In this document: one piece after another, positions 1-10,080 of the stretch
Position numbering within the stretch: the stretch's first letter is position 1
How the letters are laid out: every line of letters starts with the position of its first letter
The notes under the pieces: model-generated
What the model was told of the DNA's origin: nothing
Seen by the model: the letters and a program-made list of their open reading frames with translations, nothing else
Databases searched by the model: none
Origin: an uncultured Gammaproteobacteria bacterium
GTDB lineage: Bacteria > Patescibacteriota > Patescibacteriia > UBA9934 > CAZDDW01
Reading direction: 5' to 3'
Length of the DNA: 64,000 nt
NCBI GenBank assembly: GCA_965231015.1
Contig: OZ246408.1
Coordinates: 280,158 to 344,157 of the forward strand
Program-made: the position numbers and the translations under genes

Positions 1-119
1 ATGAACAAATGATTAATGAAGGAATTGCTGCCAGTGTAGAGGTGAATTTCTTCCCGTTTTTCTTGAATAAAGTACCAGGGCTGAAAGACCATATTGAGAT
101 TAATGTGCAAGAACCATAA
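1..119 (+). CDS. 3' end of a gene running in from the left edge (hypothetical)
   Basis: Frame 3 is open from the window start (EQMINEGIAASVEVNFFPFFLNKVPGLKDHIEINVQEP) to TAA at 117-119. Confidence 0.55.
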   Translation, partial: EQMINEGIAASVEVNFFPFFLNKVPGLKDHIEINVQEP

Positions 120-247
120 ATTGAATTGCTGAAATTACTCCAACTGCTGCGTCATGGGAGCCCGATAACTTAGTCAACGTACGTTTAGTACGTATCCTCG
201 TTATCACCCCATTCCTTGAATTTGAGGTTTTTTAATAATTTTATAAT

Positions 248-441
248 TTGACAGCTGAGATAATAGTGATAAGATGATTTTAGTTGCAGTGAAAGGGAGT
301 ACCGCCCCTGGAGCGACTCGCTGGCTTGCGTAAAGCCGAAATTGAGTGGTGTTTGACCGGAGAAAAGGCAAACACAATTCGGGTGGAACCACCTCGCGTC
401 ACAGCGGGGTCCCGAGAACTTCACGTTTGTGAGGTTCTTTT
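248..441 (+). promoter_or_regulatory. Promoter and T-box riboswitch leader of thrS with intrinsic terminator
   Basis: TTGACA at 248 and TAAGAT at 270; T-box AATTCGGGTGGAACCAC 376-392; antiterminator TCGGG..CCCGA; terminator AGAACTTCAC-GTTT-GTGAGGTTCT-TTT 415-441; Thr codon ACC at 301-303. Confidence 0.85.
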
Positions 442-459
442 GTCTCTTAACCAATATTT

Positions 460-2244
460 ATGAAAAAGAATAACGAAAAATTAGACATGATGCGGCATTC
501 AGCGGCTCATGTTCTAGCCGCTGCGGTGGTCGAGCTTTGGCCGGACGCCAAATTTGGAGTTGGTCCAGTAATTGAAAATGGTTTCTATTATGACATTCTT
601 ACCAAGAAACCAATCAGTGAAGAAGACCTTCCGAAAATCGAGGACAAGATGTCTGAAATCATCAAACGTGATGAAAAGTTTTTGCGTGAAGAAATGCCGA
701 TTGATGAGGCCATTAAACTGTTTGAGGGAATGAGCCAGGACTTCAAAGTTGAATTACTTACTGATCTAAAAGAAAAGGGTAGTACTAAGATCTCGGAAGA
801 AGAGGCTCAAGACGTGGGGGAAAAACCGAATGAAGCTTCAGTTTACAAGACCGGTGAGTTTGTTGATTTGTGTCGTGGTCCGCACATGAAGTCAGCTGGG
901 AAGATCGGACCGTTTAAGTTGCTTTCGGTTGCCGGGGCTTATTGGCGGGGCAGTGAAGAAAATCAGATGTTAACTCGCATCTACGGAACCGCCTTCCAAA
1001 AACAAAAGGAATTGGACGAACACTTGGCCATGCTCGAGGCGGCTAAAGAACGTGATCACCGCAAGATCGGGAAAGATCAAGAGTTGTTTTTGATTGATCC
1101 TGAAGTTGGGCTTGGTTTACCGCTATGGTTCCCCAAAGGTGCTCGAATTTGGCGCATCATTGAGGATTTCTGGTATGAGCAGCATTACGCACATGGTTAT
1201 GAGTTAGTTCGCTCACCACATATTGGAAATGTTGAGTTGTGGGAAACCTCAGGACATACTCAGTTTTACAAGGATGATATGTATTCGGAAATTACTGTTG
1301 ATGATGAACGATACTTGTTAAAACCAATGAACTGTCCTTTTCATGTAAAACTTTATAACTCTCGGCCTCATTCCTACCGAGAAATGCCTTTGCGGTGGGC
1401 TGAGTGTGCTACAGTTTATCGATATGAAAAGTCTGGTCAGTTGTCAGGATTGACTCGCGTTCGAGGTTTTACGCAGGATGATGCACATATTATTTGTCGA
1501 AAAGAGCAGGTTGAAGATGAACTGCGTGCCGTTGTTGATTTTATTCAGGAATACTTTAAAGCTTTTGGATTGACCGAGTACAACGTGTATCTATCACTAC
1601 GGGATCCAAACAATAAGGAGAAGTATGCGGGCGATGATGCTGGTTGGGAGTTTACTGAGGGGATTCTTAGGAAGATAGCAGAGGAGTCTGGTATGGATTA
1701 TGAATCTGAAGAAGGTGAAGCGGCTTTTTATGGTCCAAAACTGGATTTCAAATTTAAAGATATGTTGGGAAGAGAGTGGCAGTGTCCAACCCTGCAGTTT
1801 GATTTCAACTTACCTGAACGTTTTGATATGACTTTTATTAATGAGAAAGGTAAGGAAGAACGTCCATACATGTTACACCGAACAATCATGGGCTCATTTG
1901 AGCGTTTCCTGGCAGTGTTAATGGAACACTACAATGGAGCTTGGCCAATGTGGCTGGCGCCGGTGCAGGTGCAATTGATTAGTGTTGGGGAAGGGCATAT
2001 TGAGTTTGCTCAAGAAATTGAAGCTGAATTGAAAGCGGCCGGTGTTCGAGCCGAAGTTGATGCCGGGGACGATACTGTTGGAAACAAGATTCGCAAAGCT
2101 GCTAAAGAAAAAATCCCTTGGACTATTGTGCTTGGCGATAAAGAGGTTGGCGGTGAACCGTTCAAGGTTCGAGTCTTTGGACAAGAAGATGAACTCGAGA
2201 TAAAACGGGAAGAGTTGGTTGATCGGATCAAACAAGAGGTATAA
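460..2244 (+). CDS. thrS: Threonine--tRNA ligase
   Basis: RHSAAH, DLCRGPH, RDHRKIG, KPMNCP, GLTRVRGFTQDDAH, AAFYGPK motifs. Confidence 0.98.
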   Translation: MKKNNEKLDMMRHSAAHVLAAAVVELWPDAKFGVGPVIENGFYYDILTKKPISEEDLPKIEDKMSEIIKRDEKFLREEMPIDEAIKLFEGMSQDFKVELLTDLKEKGSTKISEEEAQDVGEKPNEASVYKTGEFVDLCRGPHMKSAGKIGPFKLLSVAGAYWRGSEENQMLTRIYGTAFQKQKELDEHLAMLEAAKERDHRKIGKDQELFLIDPEVGLGLPLWFPKGARIWRIIEDFWYEQHYAHGYELVRSPHIGNVELWETSGHTQFYKDDMYSEITVDDERYLLKPMNCPFHVKLYNSRPHSYREMPLRWAECATVYRYEKSGQLSGLTRVRGFTQDDAHIICRKEQVEDELRAVVDFIQEYFKAFGLTEYNVYLSLRDPNNKEKYAGDDAGWEFTEGILRKIAEESGMDYESEEGEAAFYGPKLDFKFKDMLGREWQCPTLQFDFNLPERFDMTFINEKGKEERPYMLHRTIMGSFERFLAVLMEHYNGAWPMWLAPVQVQLISVGEGHIEFAQEIEAELKAAGVRAEVDAGDDTVGNKIRKAAKEKIPWTIVLGDKEVGGEPFKVRVFGQEDELEIKREELVDRIKQEV

Positions 2245-2253
2245 TCGAATAAT

Positions 2254-2283
2254 AAAAAAGAGTGGGTTTAACCCGCTCTTTTT
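2254..2283. terminator. Bidirectional intrinsic terminator
   Basis: AAAAAAGAGTGGG-TTTAA-CCCGCTCTTTTT between convergent genes. Confidence 0.75.
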
Positions 2284-2293
2284 GTCTCTCAAT

Positions 2294-3136
2294 TTATTTA
2301 CCTCCAAACAGTCCTCGAAGGAATCCCATAATTCCCCCCGTTTTCTTTGTTGGTTCCTTTTTTGCTGAGACCACCTCGCCGGTTTTTGGCAGACGGTTCG
2401 TTTTCGGATCATCTTCATTCTCAGATTCTGTCAATACCCCACTTGTTTTGGTTTTACCAATACCTCCTTGACGCACATCTTCCAAAAACGCTTCGTGAAC
2501 AGCAATAGCATTGGCTTCCGCCTTGCCATCATTGAAAAATTTTTCTGAGTTGGAAAGCATTTGTGCTTGTTCTTCCGGGGTACTGCTTTGGTATTGCTCG
2601 ATTAGATTTCCGTAAGCCTTGGCATGATCAACGAAGTCCTTGTCTCGCATCATATCCAGTAACTTGGCGGTAGCGTCAGCTTCAGGGGCGGCTTGGCGAG
2701 CCAAAGCATTCTTACGCTCCAGCATAGCTTTTTTCCAGTAATTCATTTCCAGTCCATCAAGACCCAACTCGTCACCGATTTCATCTACTGAAGATTCAAC
2801 AACATGTTCGTATGAACGAAGTTTGCTTTCAGGAATTGATTCTCCAGTGACATCTCGTCCATGAAGCTCGGCGATTAAGGTTGCGCCTGGTTTTTTGGTT
2901 TCCAGAGCCTTGGCAATAATCTTGTCTTTATAGGCCTGCATGGTCTCTCTATATTTTTCAGCCTGCTGACCTTCAAGACCAAGCTCATGAGCGGCCTCCT
3001 CAATAGTTTCGTCAAACATTTCCTCCAAGGCTTTTTCCTCACTACCGATTTCACTTGCCATTTGTTCTAATTCAGATTCAAATTTTGTATCTTCTGGACT
3101 TACTTTTGGTGCTTCCGCACCTTTATTTTTTGCCAT
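2294..3136 (-). CDS. Hypothetical acidic helical protein
   Basis: Long ORF; likely start MAKNK at 3136; TTGACA-N17-TACGAT promoter upstream. Confidence 0.7.
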   Translation of the reverse strand: MAKNKGAEAPKVSPEDTKFESELEQMASEIGSEEKALEEMFDETIEEAAHELGLEGQQAEKYRETMQAYKDKIIAKALETKKPGATLIAELHGRDVTGESIPESKLRSYEHVVESSVDEIGDELGLDGLEMNYWKKAMLERKNALARQAAPEADATAKLLDMMRDKDFVDHAKAYGNLIEQYQSSTPEEQAQMLSNSEKFFNDGKAEANAIAVHEAFLEDVRQGGIGKTKTSGVLTESENEDDPKTNRLPKTGEVVSAKKEPTKKTGGIMGFLRGLFGGK

Positions 3137-3280
3137 AAATTTATGAATATTTAGCATGGTTAACCCTTAAATCGTAGTAAAAATAGGCATTTTTGTCAAT
3201 TTGGAGGTTGACAAATTTATTTTTTTCGGCTAATCTGAGGTCTTCTTCTGGATATCAGCGGAAGAGGAGAAGGAGGCGGT

Positions 3281-3751
3281 ATGGTGGCAACAGTGAGTCC
3301 GCTCGTAGGTCAAGACAGCAGTGTCGAACACACACTCGCGTGTACGCTTCAGGGGAACGACATCCTGGTCGACTACTTGGCCACGGAGCTGGTCGCGATC
3401 GGCGCTGGCAGTGAGGCGGCCGTGGTGATCCTGAACGTGATCGGGCGTTCGATCGGTTCGTCCGTGATTCGGGTGATGCCGAGCGACCTCGGTCGTCTGG
3501 CATCGCTGGACGATCAGGAGGCCATGACAAGGCTCAAGAGCCACCTGTATGACAGGCACCCCGATTTCGGACGTGCTTTCATGCAGTGTCTACTGGCTTT
3601 GAAGATGTGTGGTCCGGCTGACCAGATCGCTGCTGGCATCGAGGAACCGGAGGATGCCAGGGTCAGCGCGTATCGACCGCTACTCGACATCTTCACGGTC
3701 GCCTACGCACTGCTCGCCGGCTGCTCCTTCGACGCGCGCAGTAACGACTGA
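3281..3751 (+). CDS. Hypothetical protein (GC-rich solitary gene)
   Basis: TTGACA(3208)-N17-TAATCT promoter, AGGAGG at 3271, hairpin plus U-tract at about 3769-3808. Confidence 0.75.
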   Translation: MVATVSPLVGQDSSVEHTLACTLQGNDILVDYLATELVAIGAGSEAAVVILNVIGRSIGSSVIRVMPSDLGRLASLDDQEAMTRLKSHLYDRHPDFGRAFMQCLLALKMCGPADQIAAGIEEPEDARVSAYRPLLDIFTVAYALLAGCSFDARSND

Positions 3752-3869
3752 GCGCCATCCACTTCTACGACGGACAGAACCCCCTCGGGTCCTGTCCGTT
3801 TTTGTTTTGGTAAAAGTAAGACCGGCCATTCATTGGGCCGGTCTGAGAGGTGTGTTTTATGAGGTGGGA

Positions 3870-6176
3870 CTACTTTTTCTTCTTGTTGGCGGTGCCGAGG
3901 AACTCCAGCCAGCTGATCCAGTCCTCCTTGTAGTACGAGTTGGGGTTCGAGGGGAGTCGTGGATCATCTGTCTTACGGTTACCCTTGTACTGCCCGACAG
4001 CTTTGTACCCAAGTGACCGAGTGGCGGTTCGGGCTTCCTGGTAAGTAGAATACAGTTCTGGGCTTGTTGGTCTTTCTAAGAACTCATCCCAGCTGACCCA
4101 ATCGGAAGCGTACTTTTGCTGCGGGTGACCAGGGAGTCTTGGGTCAGTATTACGACCTTGGAGATATCCTGGATATGTTGTTATCCCGAGAGCACGAACA
4201 GCAGCTCGAGCTTCTTGGTAGGTGGCATACAGTTGAGATTTATTCTTCCTTCCGAGGAAGTCATCCCAACTAACCCAGGTTGCCTTATAGGTCTGCCTTG
4301 GTTCTGAAGGCAATCTTGGGTCGATCCGACGTTTATTCGTATATTCTTTGCTTGTTTGCACTCCGAGCCTCTGTACCGCTGCTCGAGCTTTTTCGTACGA
4401 TTCATACAACGGCAGCTTGGCAGTTCTTCCCAGAAAGTCATCCCAGCTGATCCAAGATTCGTAGAAGGAGTTGGGGTTGGAAGGAAGTAAGGGATCCTCG
4501 TTATACCGCTTTCCATATTCAGTGGTGTTGGTAACACCACCAAGAGCTTGGACAGCAGCACGAGCCTCTTCATAGGTTTTGTAGAAGGTCTTTTTTTGAG
4601 TTCCTAGGAAGTCATCACCGCTGACCCATTCATTCGCATATTTTTTATATGGACTTGCCGGAAGACGAGGGTCTTGTTTGTATCCCGCCTTGTATTCCTT
4701 CATGTCCTTGAACCCGAGGGCCTGTGCGGCAGCCTGAGCCTCAGCGTAGGTGGGGTATTTTATCCGTTTGTTTTCAGTCCCCAAGTAGTCAGGCCAATTT
4801 GTCCAATCGGATGGATATGCCATGCGAGGGGAACACGGAAGTTTGGGATCAGTTTTATATAGAGATTGATACTCCATACAATTTTTTGGTCCCAGCGCTT
4901 GCGCAGCAGCTTGAGCCTCTTCGTAAGTCTCATAAGGTGTGGTGTTGAGCCGGTCAAGTACCTTCAGGAGGTCCAGGATCTCGGTGGTGAAACCGAGCTT
5001 GAACTGGTTACTCGTGATGTCGATCGTCTTAGGCTTGTCGTCACCTCCACCGTAGTGGGTGACGTCGAGGCCGAGTTCATGAACCGCCAGAATGCGGTCG
5101 CAGTTGGCCACGAAGTCGAGGACCGTGACGTTCAGCTTTTCGGCAGTGCGGCGCAGGCCGCGGCCGAGTTGCTGAAGCCAGATGGTCTTCGAGTCCGTTG
5201 CCCGCAGGAACACGATCAGTTCCGCGTCCGGGATGTCGATACCCTCGTTGAACTTGTCGATAACGAGGAGGGTCTTCAGCTTTCCGGAACGGAAATCGCG
5301 CATCCGTTGCTCGAGGCCACTCTTTCCCACCTTGGAGTGGTACTGACGAGCCTCGGGCATGAGCTTGGCAACACGCCGGGCGTGCTTGATCGAACGACAG
5401 AAGATGATGGTCTTCTTGCAAGCCCTACCGGGCTGTCGTTGATGCTCACGGATGATCCGGACCTGCTCTTCCATCCTCTCCTTAAGGAAGATAGTGTCGT
5501 CTAGCTGCTTGCGCGAAACTGTGCGGTCACCATCTCCAACTCGTCGAATCAGTTCGTGGAGCTGTCGGATATCCAGGTTGTCGGTCAAAAGGTGATAGTC
5601 CACCCGCGCCAGCCATTCATCAGCCGCGATTGCCTTGGCGAGGTCATAGGTGTAAACCTCGTCGCCGAAGATATCGCGAATGTCTCGACCGTCCGCACGT
5701 TCACGTGTGGCGGTCAGGCCAACGAGAAGCAGAGGGTCGAAGTGTCGGATAGCAGGCTCGTAGGTCACAGCCTTGCCGTGATGAGCTTCATCTACCACGA
5801 TGAGATCGAACATGTCGGCCGGGAGGCTCTTGTAGGCAGTGCGCATGGTCTGTAGAGTCGTGAAGACCACTTCAGCACCATTGCAGCGCGCCTGGAAGTT
5901 GTTGGATCCGATGACCACGTGGGTCTCGTGTCCGTGCTCTTCCAAGCTCTCCTTGAACTCGTCGGCATTCTGGGTCGTGATGTCGAGACTATCGACCATG
6001 CACAGAACGCGGTTGATCCCCTCGTTGTGATTGAGAAGCAGTTCAGTAACATGGCTCGCGAGCACGGTCTTACCGAGCCCGGTGGCCATAACGATGAGGG
6101 CCTTGCTAAGACCCTCACTAACCGTCCGCCACAGATTATCTGCAGCTTCTTGCTGGTAGGGTCGTAGAGTTTTCAT
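3870..6176 (-). CDS. Superfamily 2 (ResIII-like DEAH) helicase with six C-terminal ~59-aa repeats
   Basis: LRPYQ, ATGLGKT, DEAHH, GLTAT, QQLGRGLR; repeats YxTYxEAxAAxxxLG...DPxLP...WxxWxDFLG; likely start MKTL at 6176. Confidence 0.9.
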   Translation of the reverse strand: MKTLRPYQQEAADNLWRTVSEGLSKALIVMATGLGKTVLASHVTELLLNHNEGINRVLCMVDSLDITTQNADEFKESLEEHGHETHVVIGSNNFQARCNGAEVVFTTLQTMRTAYKSLPADMFDLIVVDEAHHGKAVTYEPAIRHFDPLLLVGLTATRERADGRDIRDIFGDEVYTYDLAKAIAADEWLARVDYHLLTDNLDIRQLHELIRRVGDGDRTVSRKQLDDTIFLKERMEEQVRIIREHQRQPGRACKKTIIFCRSIKHARRVAKLMPEARQYHSKVGKSGLEQRMRDFRSGKLKTLLVIDKFNEGIDIPDAELIVFLRATDSKTIWLQQLGRGLRRTAEKLNVTVLDFVANCDRILAVHELGLDVTHYGGGDDKPKTIDITSNQFKLGFTTEILDLLKVLDRLNTTPYETYEEAQAAAQALGPKNCMEYQSLYKTDPKLPCSPRMAYPSDWTNWPDYLGTENKRIKYPTYAEAQAAAQALGFKDMKEYKAGYKQDPRLPASPYKKYANEWVSGDDFLGTQKKTFYKTYEEARAAVQALGGVTNTTEYGKRYNEDPLLPSNPNSFYESWISWDDFLGRTAKLPLYESYEKARAAVQRLGVQTSKEYTNKRRIDPRLPSEPRQTYKATWVSWDDFLGRKNKSQLYATYQEARAAVRALGITTYPGYLQGRNTDPRLPGHPQQKYASDWVSWDEFLERPTSPELYSTYQEARTATRSLGYKAVGQYKGNRKTDDPRLPSNPNSYYKEDWISWLEFLGTANKKKK

Positions 6177-6296
6177 TGTGTAGCCCTTTTGTTGTTTGTT
6201 AAATTGTGAAGAACAAGGGCGTAATTTAGTATAAAAATGGCTTATTGTCAATGGTCTATTGTAATTTTAGCCAAATTTTGATATTATCCTGTCATT

Positions 6297-7619
6297 ATGG
6301 AGCCAAAGAAATACCACATCATCACTTACGGGTGCCAAATGAACAAAAACGATTCAGAACGGATCGCGAGTTTGTTATCGGATCTTGGAATGGAATGTAC
6401 GGATGATGAGCACAAGGCTGATCTGGTTCTGTTGAATTCTTGTTCGGTAAGACAGACTGCAGAGGATAGAGTTATGGGAAAGGTTCGAACTTTGAATAAA
6501 GCTCGAAAAAAGAAGCCCGAGCTTGTGATTAGTGTGACTGGCTGTATGGCCGGGCGGGATAAAGACGGCAAGCTCAAGAAGAAAGTTCAGGGGGCTGATT
6601 TGTGGTTTGCCACGGCTGACGCAGTCAACTTGCCACGTTGGATCGCCGAGCTCAGGCCGGGTTGGGTAAAAGCCACTGAATCGGTTGAAGAATTTTTAAA
6701 GCTCAAGCCACATTATCACTCAAACAAGCAGGCCTTTGTGACCATTCAAACCGGATGCAGTAATTTTTGTACTTACTGTGTGGTCCCATCAGCGCGAGGA
6801 ATGGAAGAGAATCGGCCGCTGGCTGATATCATGAATGAGATTCGCGAACTCGCAACAAACGGTTGTCTCGAGATCACTTTGCTCGGTCAGGTGGTAAATG
6901 CCTATGTGGCCCCGGATCCTGAAAACTTTTCCAAAGACAATCCGTATCAGGATCATTTTGCGGCCTTACTGTGGGAGATAAATCAGATTGACGGACTTGA
7001 ACGAATTCACTTTACTGCCCCGCACCCTCGCCACATGACCGACGAGCAGATCGATGCCCTGGCTTTGTCGAAACAGCTAAACTTTTTACATCTTCCAGTT
7101 CAGTCAGGCTCGAACGAGATCTTGGCTCGCATGAATCGTAAACACACCCGTGAGGAGTATCTTGAACTCATCAAAAAGATCAAGGCTCGGGTTCCTGGAA
7201 TTGCCCTGGGGACAGATTTGATCGTAGGGTTTTGTGGTGAAACAAAAGAACAGTTTGAGGAAACCGTGAGTTTGTATAAGGAAGTCGAGTTTGATATTAG
7301 CTACACCGCGCAGTATTCGGAGCGTTCAGGAACGGTGGCGGACAAGGTGTTTAATGATGACGTGACTCGAGAAGAAAAAAAGCGGCGTTGGGAAGTGATA
7401 CAGGATTTGATGGAAGGAATTACCCTCAAAAAGAACCAAGCCTATCTTGATCAGGTTGTCTCGGTCATGGTTGAAGGGTGCAATAACGGTATATGTTTTG
7501 GAAACTCGCGCGAAATGAAAGTAGTCAAATTTCCAGGGGGCGAAAAAATAGTAGGAACCATTCAAGATGTAAAAATATCTGAAGTACAAACTTGGATTTT
7601 GAAAGGAGAAAAAATATGA
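6297..7619 (+). CDS. miaB: tRNA-2-methylthio-N6-dimethylallyladenosine synthase
   Basis: TYGCQMN, NSCSVR, radical SAM CxxxCxxC (CSNFCTYC), TRAM-like C-terminus; adjacent to miaA. Confidence 0.95.
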   Translation: MEPKKYHIITYGCQMNKNDSERIASLLSDLGMECTDDEHKADLVLLNSCSVRQTAEDRVMGKVRTLNKARKKKPELVISVTGCMAGRDKDGKLKKKVQGADLWFATADAVNLPRWIAELRPGWVKATESVEEFLKLKPHYHSNKQAFVTIQTGCSNFCTYCVVPSARGMEENRPLADIMNEIRELATNGCLEITLLGQVVNAYVAPDPENFSKDNPYQDHFAALLWEINQIDGLERIHFTAPHPRHMTDEQIDALALSKQLNFLHLPVQSGSNEILARMNRKHTREEYLELIKKIKARVPGIALGTDLIVGFCGETKEQFEETVSLYKEVEFDISYTAQYSERSGTVADKVFNDDVTREEKKRRWEVIQDLMEGITLKKNQAYLDQVVSVMVEGCNNGICFGNSREMKVVKFPGGEKIVGTIQDVKISEVQTWILKGEKI

Positions 7620-8548
7620 AACCAAAAATAGTTGCGGTGCTTGGACCAACCGCGTCCGGAAAAACTAGTACAGCTATTGCTCTGGCTAAAGAATTTAACG
7701 GCGAGGTGATTAGTGTTGACTCGCGTCAGATTTATAAAGGAATGGATATTGGTACTGCCAAAGAACCGGGGCAGTGGCAAGAGTATGAGGGTGATCGGGT
7801 TCTAATGATCGAAGGGATTCCGCACTGGGGGATCGATTTAGTAGAACCGAATAAAGAAATGAGTGTGGCCGAGTTTAAAGAATATGCCGAGGGCAAGATT
7901 GATGAAATTATTGCTCGAGGCAAATTGCCGATTTTGGCCGGTGGTACTGGTTTTTGGGTTCAGGCGATTGTTGAAAATCTGAAGATTCCTGAAGTTGAAC
8001 CGGACATTGTTTTACGAAAAACCTTAGAAAACAAATCTGTTGACGAATTATTTGCCATGTATCGGGAAAAAGATCCAGTCGGAGCCGAAGCGATCGATCA
8101 AAACAACAAAGCTCGGTTGGTTCGCGCTCTTGAGGTTTGTTTTAAAACCGGACACCCATTCTCCGAACAACAAAAAAAAGGAGAACCAAAATATGATACC
8201 CTGCAGTTGGCAATTGAAGTTGATCGGGATGTGTTATACGACCGGATTAATACCCGGGTCGAACAAATGATTGAAGAAGGGCTGGTCGAAGAGGTTAAAG
8301 GGTTAATTGAAAAATATGGTTCTGTACCAATTGCCATGACCGGCATTGGCTACCGGCAAATAATTGAACATCTAGAAACCGTAGGGGAAAATCATGCTGT
8401 TTCCCTGCAAGACGCGATTGAGAAAATCAAAAAGGACACCCGGAATTACGCTAAGCGTCAGGTGTCCTGGTTTCGTCGTGATGAATCGATTAAATGGGTT
8501 AAGGATGTCGATGAGGCACGGGAAATCTGTAGGGATTACCGCAGGTAA
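7616..8548 (+). CDS. miaA: tRNA dimethylallyltransferase
   Basis: GPTASGKT, DSRQIYKGMDIGTAK, GGTG, YAKRQ; ATGA overlap with miaB. Confidence 0.97.
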   Translation: MKPKIVAVLGPTASGKTSTAIALAKEFNGEVISVDSRQIYKGMDIGTAKEPGQWQEYEGDRVLMIEGIPHWGIDLVEPNKEMSVAEFKEYAEGKIDEIIARGKLPILAGGTGFWVQAIVENLKIPEVEPDIVLRKTLENKSVDELFAMYREKDPVGAEAIDQNNKARLVRALEVCFKTGHPFSEQQKKGEPKYDTLQLAIEVDRDVLYDRINTRVEQMIEEGLVEEVKGLIEKYGSVPIAMTGIGYRQIIEHLETVGENHAVSLQDAIEKIKKDTRNYAKRQVSWFRRDESIKWVKDVDEAREICRDYRR

Positions 8549-8555
8549 TCCCTAC
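8529..8555. repeat. GTAG-type REP-like palindrome overlapping the miaA and gatB stop codons
   Basis: GTAGGGATTACC-GCA-GGTAATCCCTAC, a perfect 12-bp inverted repeat. Confidence 0.7.
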
Positions 8556-10078
8556 GAGTTTAATTTTACTCCCAAAATATTTTTAGCAGTACCAGCGTCG
8601 GCGTTGCCCTCGGTTTCCTTCATGACCATGCCGATGAAAAATTGCATTAGTTCAGTTTTGCCGTCCTTGTAGCGAGCCACCTCATCCGGGTGGTTTTTGA
8701 TTACGGTATCAACTGCGGCCGCAATAGCGTCTTCATCATCCAGTTTGCCTAGTCGCTTGTCTTCCATAATATGGCTTGGGTCAGCCCCGGCTTCTAACAT
8801 TTCTTCAAGTACTGGTAGGCCGTTTTTGGTTGATAGTTTACCCTTAGCAATTAAAGTAATAAACTCGGCAAAGTTCTCTGGAGTAATTTTAATGATTCGA
8901 ATATCAATACTCTTAGCTTTCATAAGTCCACCAAGTTTTGAAAGTAACCATCCAGAAACCAGTTTAGCCAGTTTGGCTCGTTCTTTGTATAGAGCCTCCA
9001 TTTCGGCTTCAGCAATCTCCGGTTGAGCCTCGAGCCAAGCTAACAGTTCTGAAAAAACATGTTCCAGATAGTCGGCTAGGGCAGGGTCTTCACAGACTTG
9101 CTTAGCGTCCAATGGTTTCATTTTATACTCATCAACAAAACGACGACGACGGGCATCCGGCAGCTCTGGAATTTTATTTCGTAACTCGTCGGTCATAGCG
9201 GTCAGATCAAGCACAGGTAAATCCGGATCAGGGAAGTAGCGGTAGTCACTTGATTCTTCTTTAACGCGCTGCTCAACCGTCACTTGCTTGTTATCATCCC
9301 AACCGCGAGTGGTTTGTTTATCCGGTAGAGTACCGGCTTCCCATAGCTTGGTTTGCCGCTGAATCTCGTGCTCTAGTGCCCTTTCCACCATTTTAAACGA
9401 GTTCAGGTTCTTGATCTCAGTCTTCGGGTTTAAATTAGCACTCTTGTAGTTTCCGTCCTCGTCTAACTCTCGGAGTGAAATATTGGCGTCACAGCGCAAG
9501 TGCCCTTTTTCCATATCAGCATCAGATATTCCAAGATACCGCGCAATCAATCGAAGCTCCTGCAAGAATACCTTGGCTTCGGACGGAGTTCGTAAATCCG
9601 GATCTGTCACAATTTCCACGAGTGGGGTTCCGCCACGGTTGAAATCAACGTAGGTCTTTCCGTTGTCTGCGTGTACATTCTTAGCAGCATCTTCTTCCAA
9701 GTGCAAACGGGTTATTCCGATTTCTACATTTGGTCGCGGACCGTCTGGAACATGAATAACTAAACTGCCACGCTCCATAACCGGCATATCAAACTGGGAG
9801 ATTTGGTATCCCTTAGGTAGGTCAGGGTAAAAATAATTTTTGCGATCGAATTTACTGTTAGTGGCAATTTGACCTCGTAAAGCAAGACCAGTCAGAATAG
9901 CCCAACGTACAGCTTGCTCGTTTGGAACCGGAAGCGAGCCCGGGTGACCCATGCACACTGGGCAGATGTTGGTGTTCGGCGCGACCGCACTGTTGTGTGT
10001 GGCACAACTGCAAAACATTTTGGTCTTGGTTTTCAGTTGGATATGGATTTCTAATCCAATGACCGGTTCCAATTTCAT
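8552..10078 (-). CDS. gatB: Asp/Glu-tRNA amidotransferase subunit B
   Basis: VIGLEIH, FDRKNYFYPDLPKGYQISQ, LRCDANIS, DYRYFPDPDLP. Confidence 0.98.
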   Translation of the reverse strand: MKLEPVIGLEIHIQLKTKTKMFCSCATHNSAVAPNTNICPVCMGHPGSLPVPNEQAVRWAILTGLALRGQIATNSKFDRKNYFYPDLPKGYQISQFDMPVMERGSLVIHVPDGPRPNVEIGITRLHLEEDAAKNVHADNGKTYVDFNRGGTPLVEIVTDPDLRTPSEAKVFLQELRLIARYLGISDADMEKGHLRCDANISLRELDEDGNYKSANLNPKTEIKNLNSFKMVERALEHEIQRQTKLWEAGTLPDKQTTRGWDDNKQVTVEQRVKEESSDYRYFPDPDLPVLDLTAMTDELRNKIPELPDARRRRFVDEYKMKPLDAKQVCEDPALADYLEHVFSELLAWLEAQPEIAEAEMEALYKERAKLAKLVSGWLLSKLGGLMKAKSIDIRIIKITPENFAEFITLIAKGKLSTKNGLPVLEEMLEAGADPSHIMEDKRLGKLDDEDAIAAAVDTVIKNHPDEVARYKDGKTELMQFFIGMVMKETEGNADAGTAKNILGVKLNS

Positions 10079-10080
10079 AA

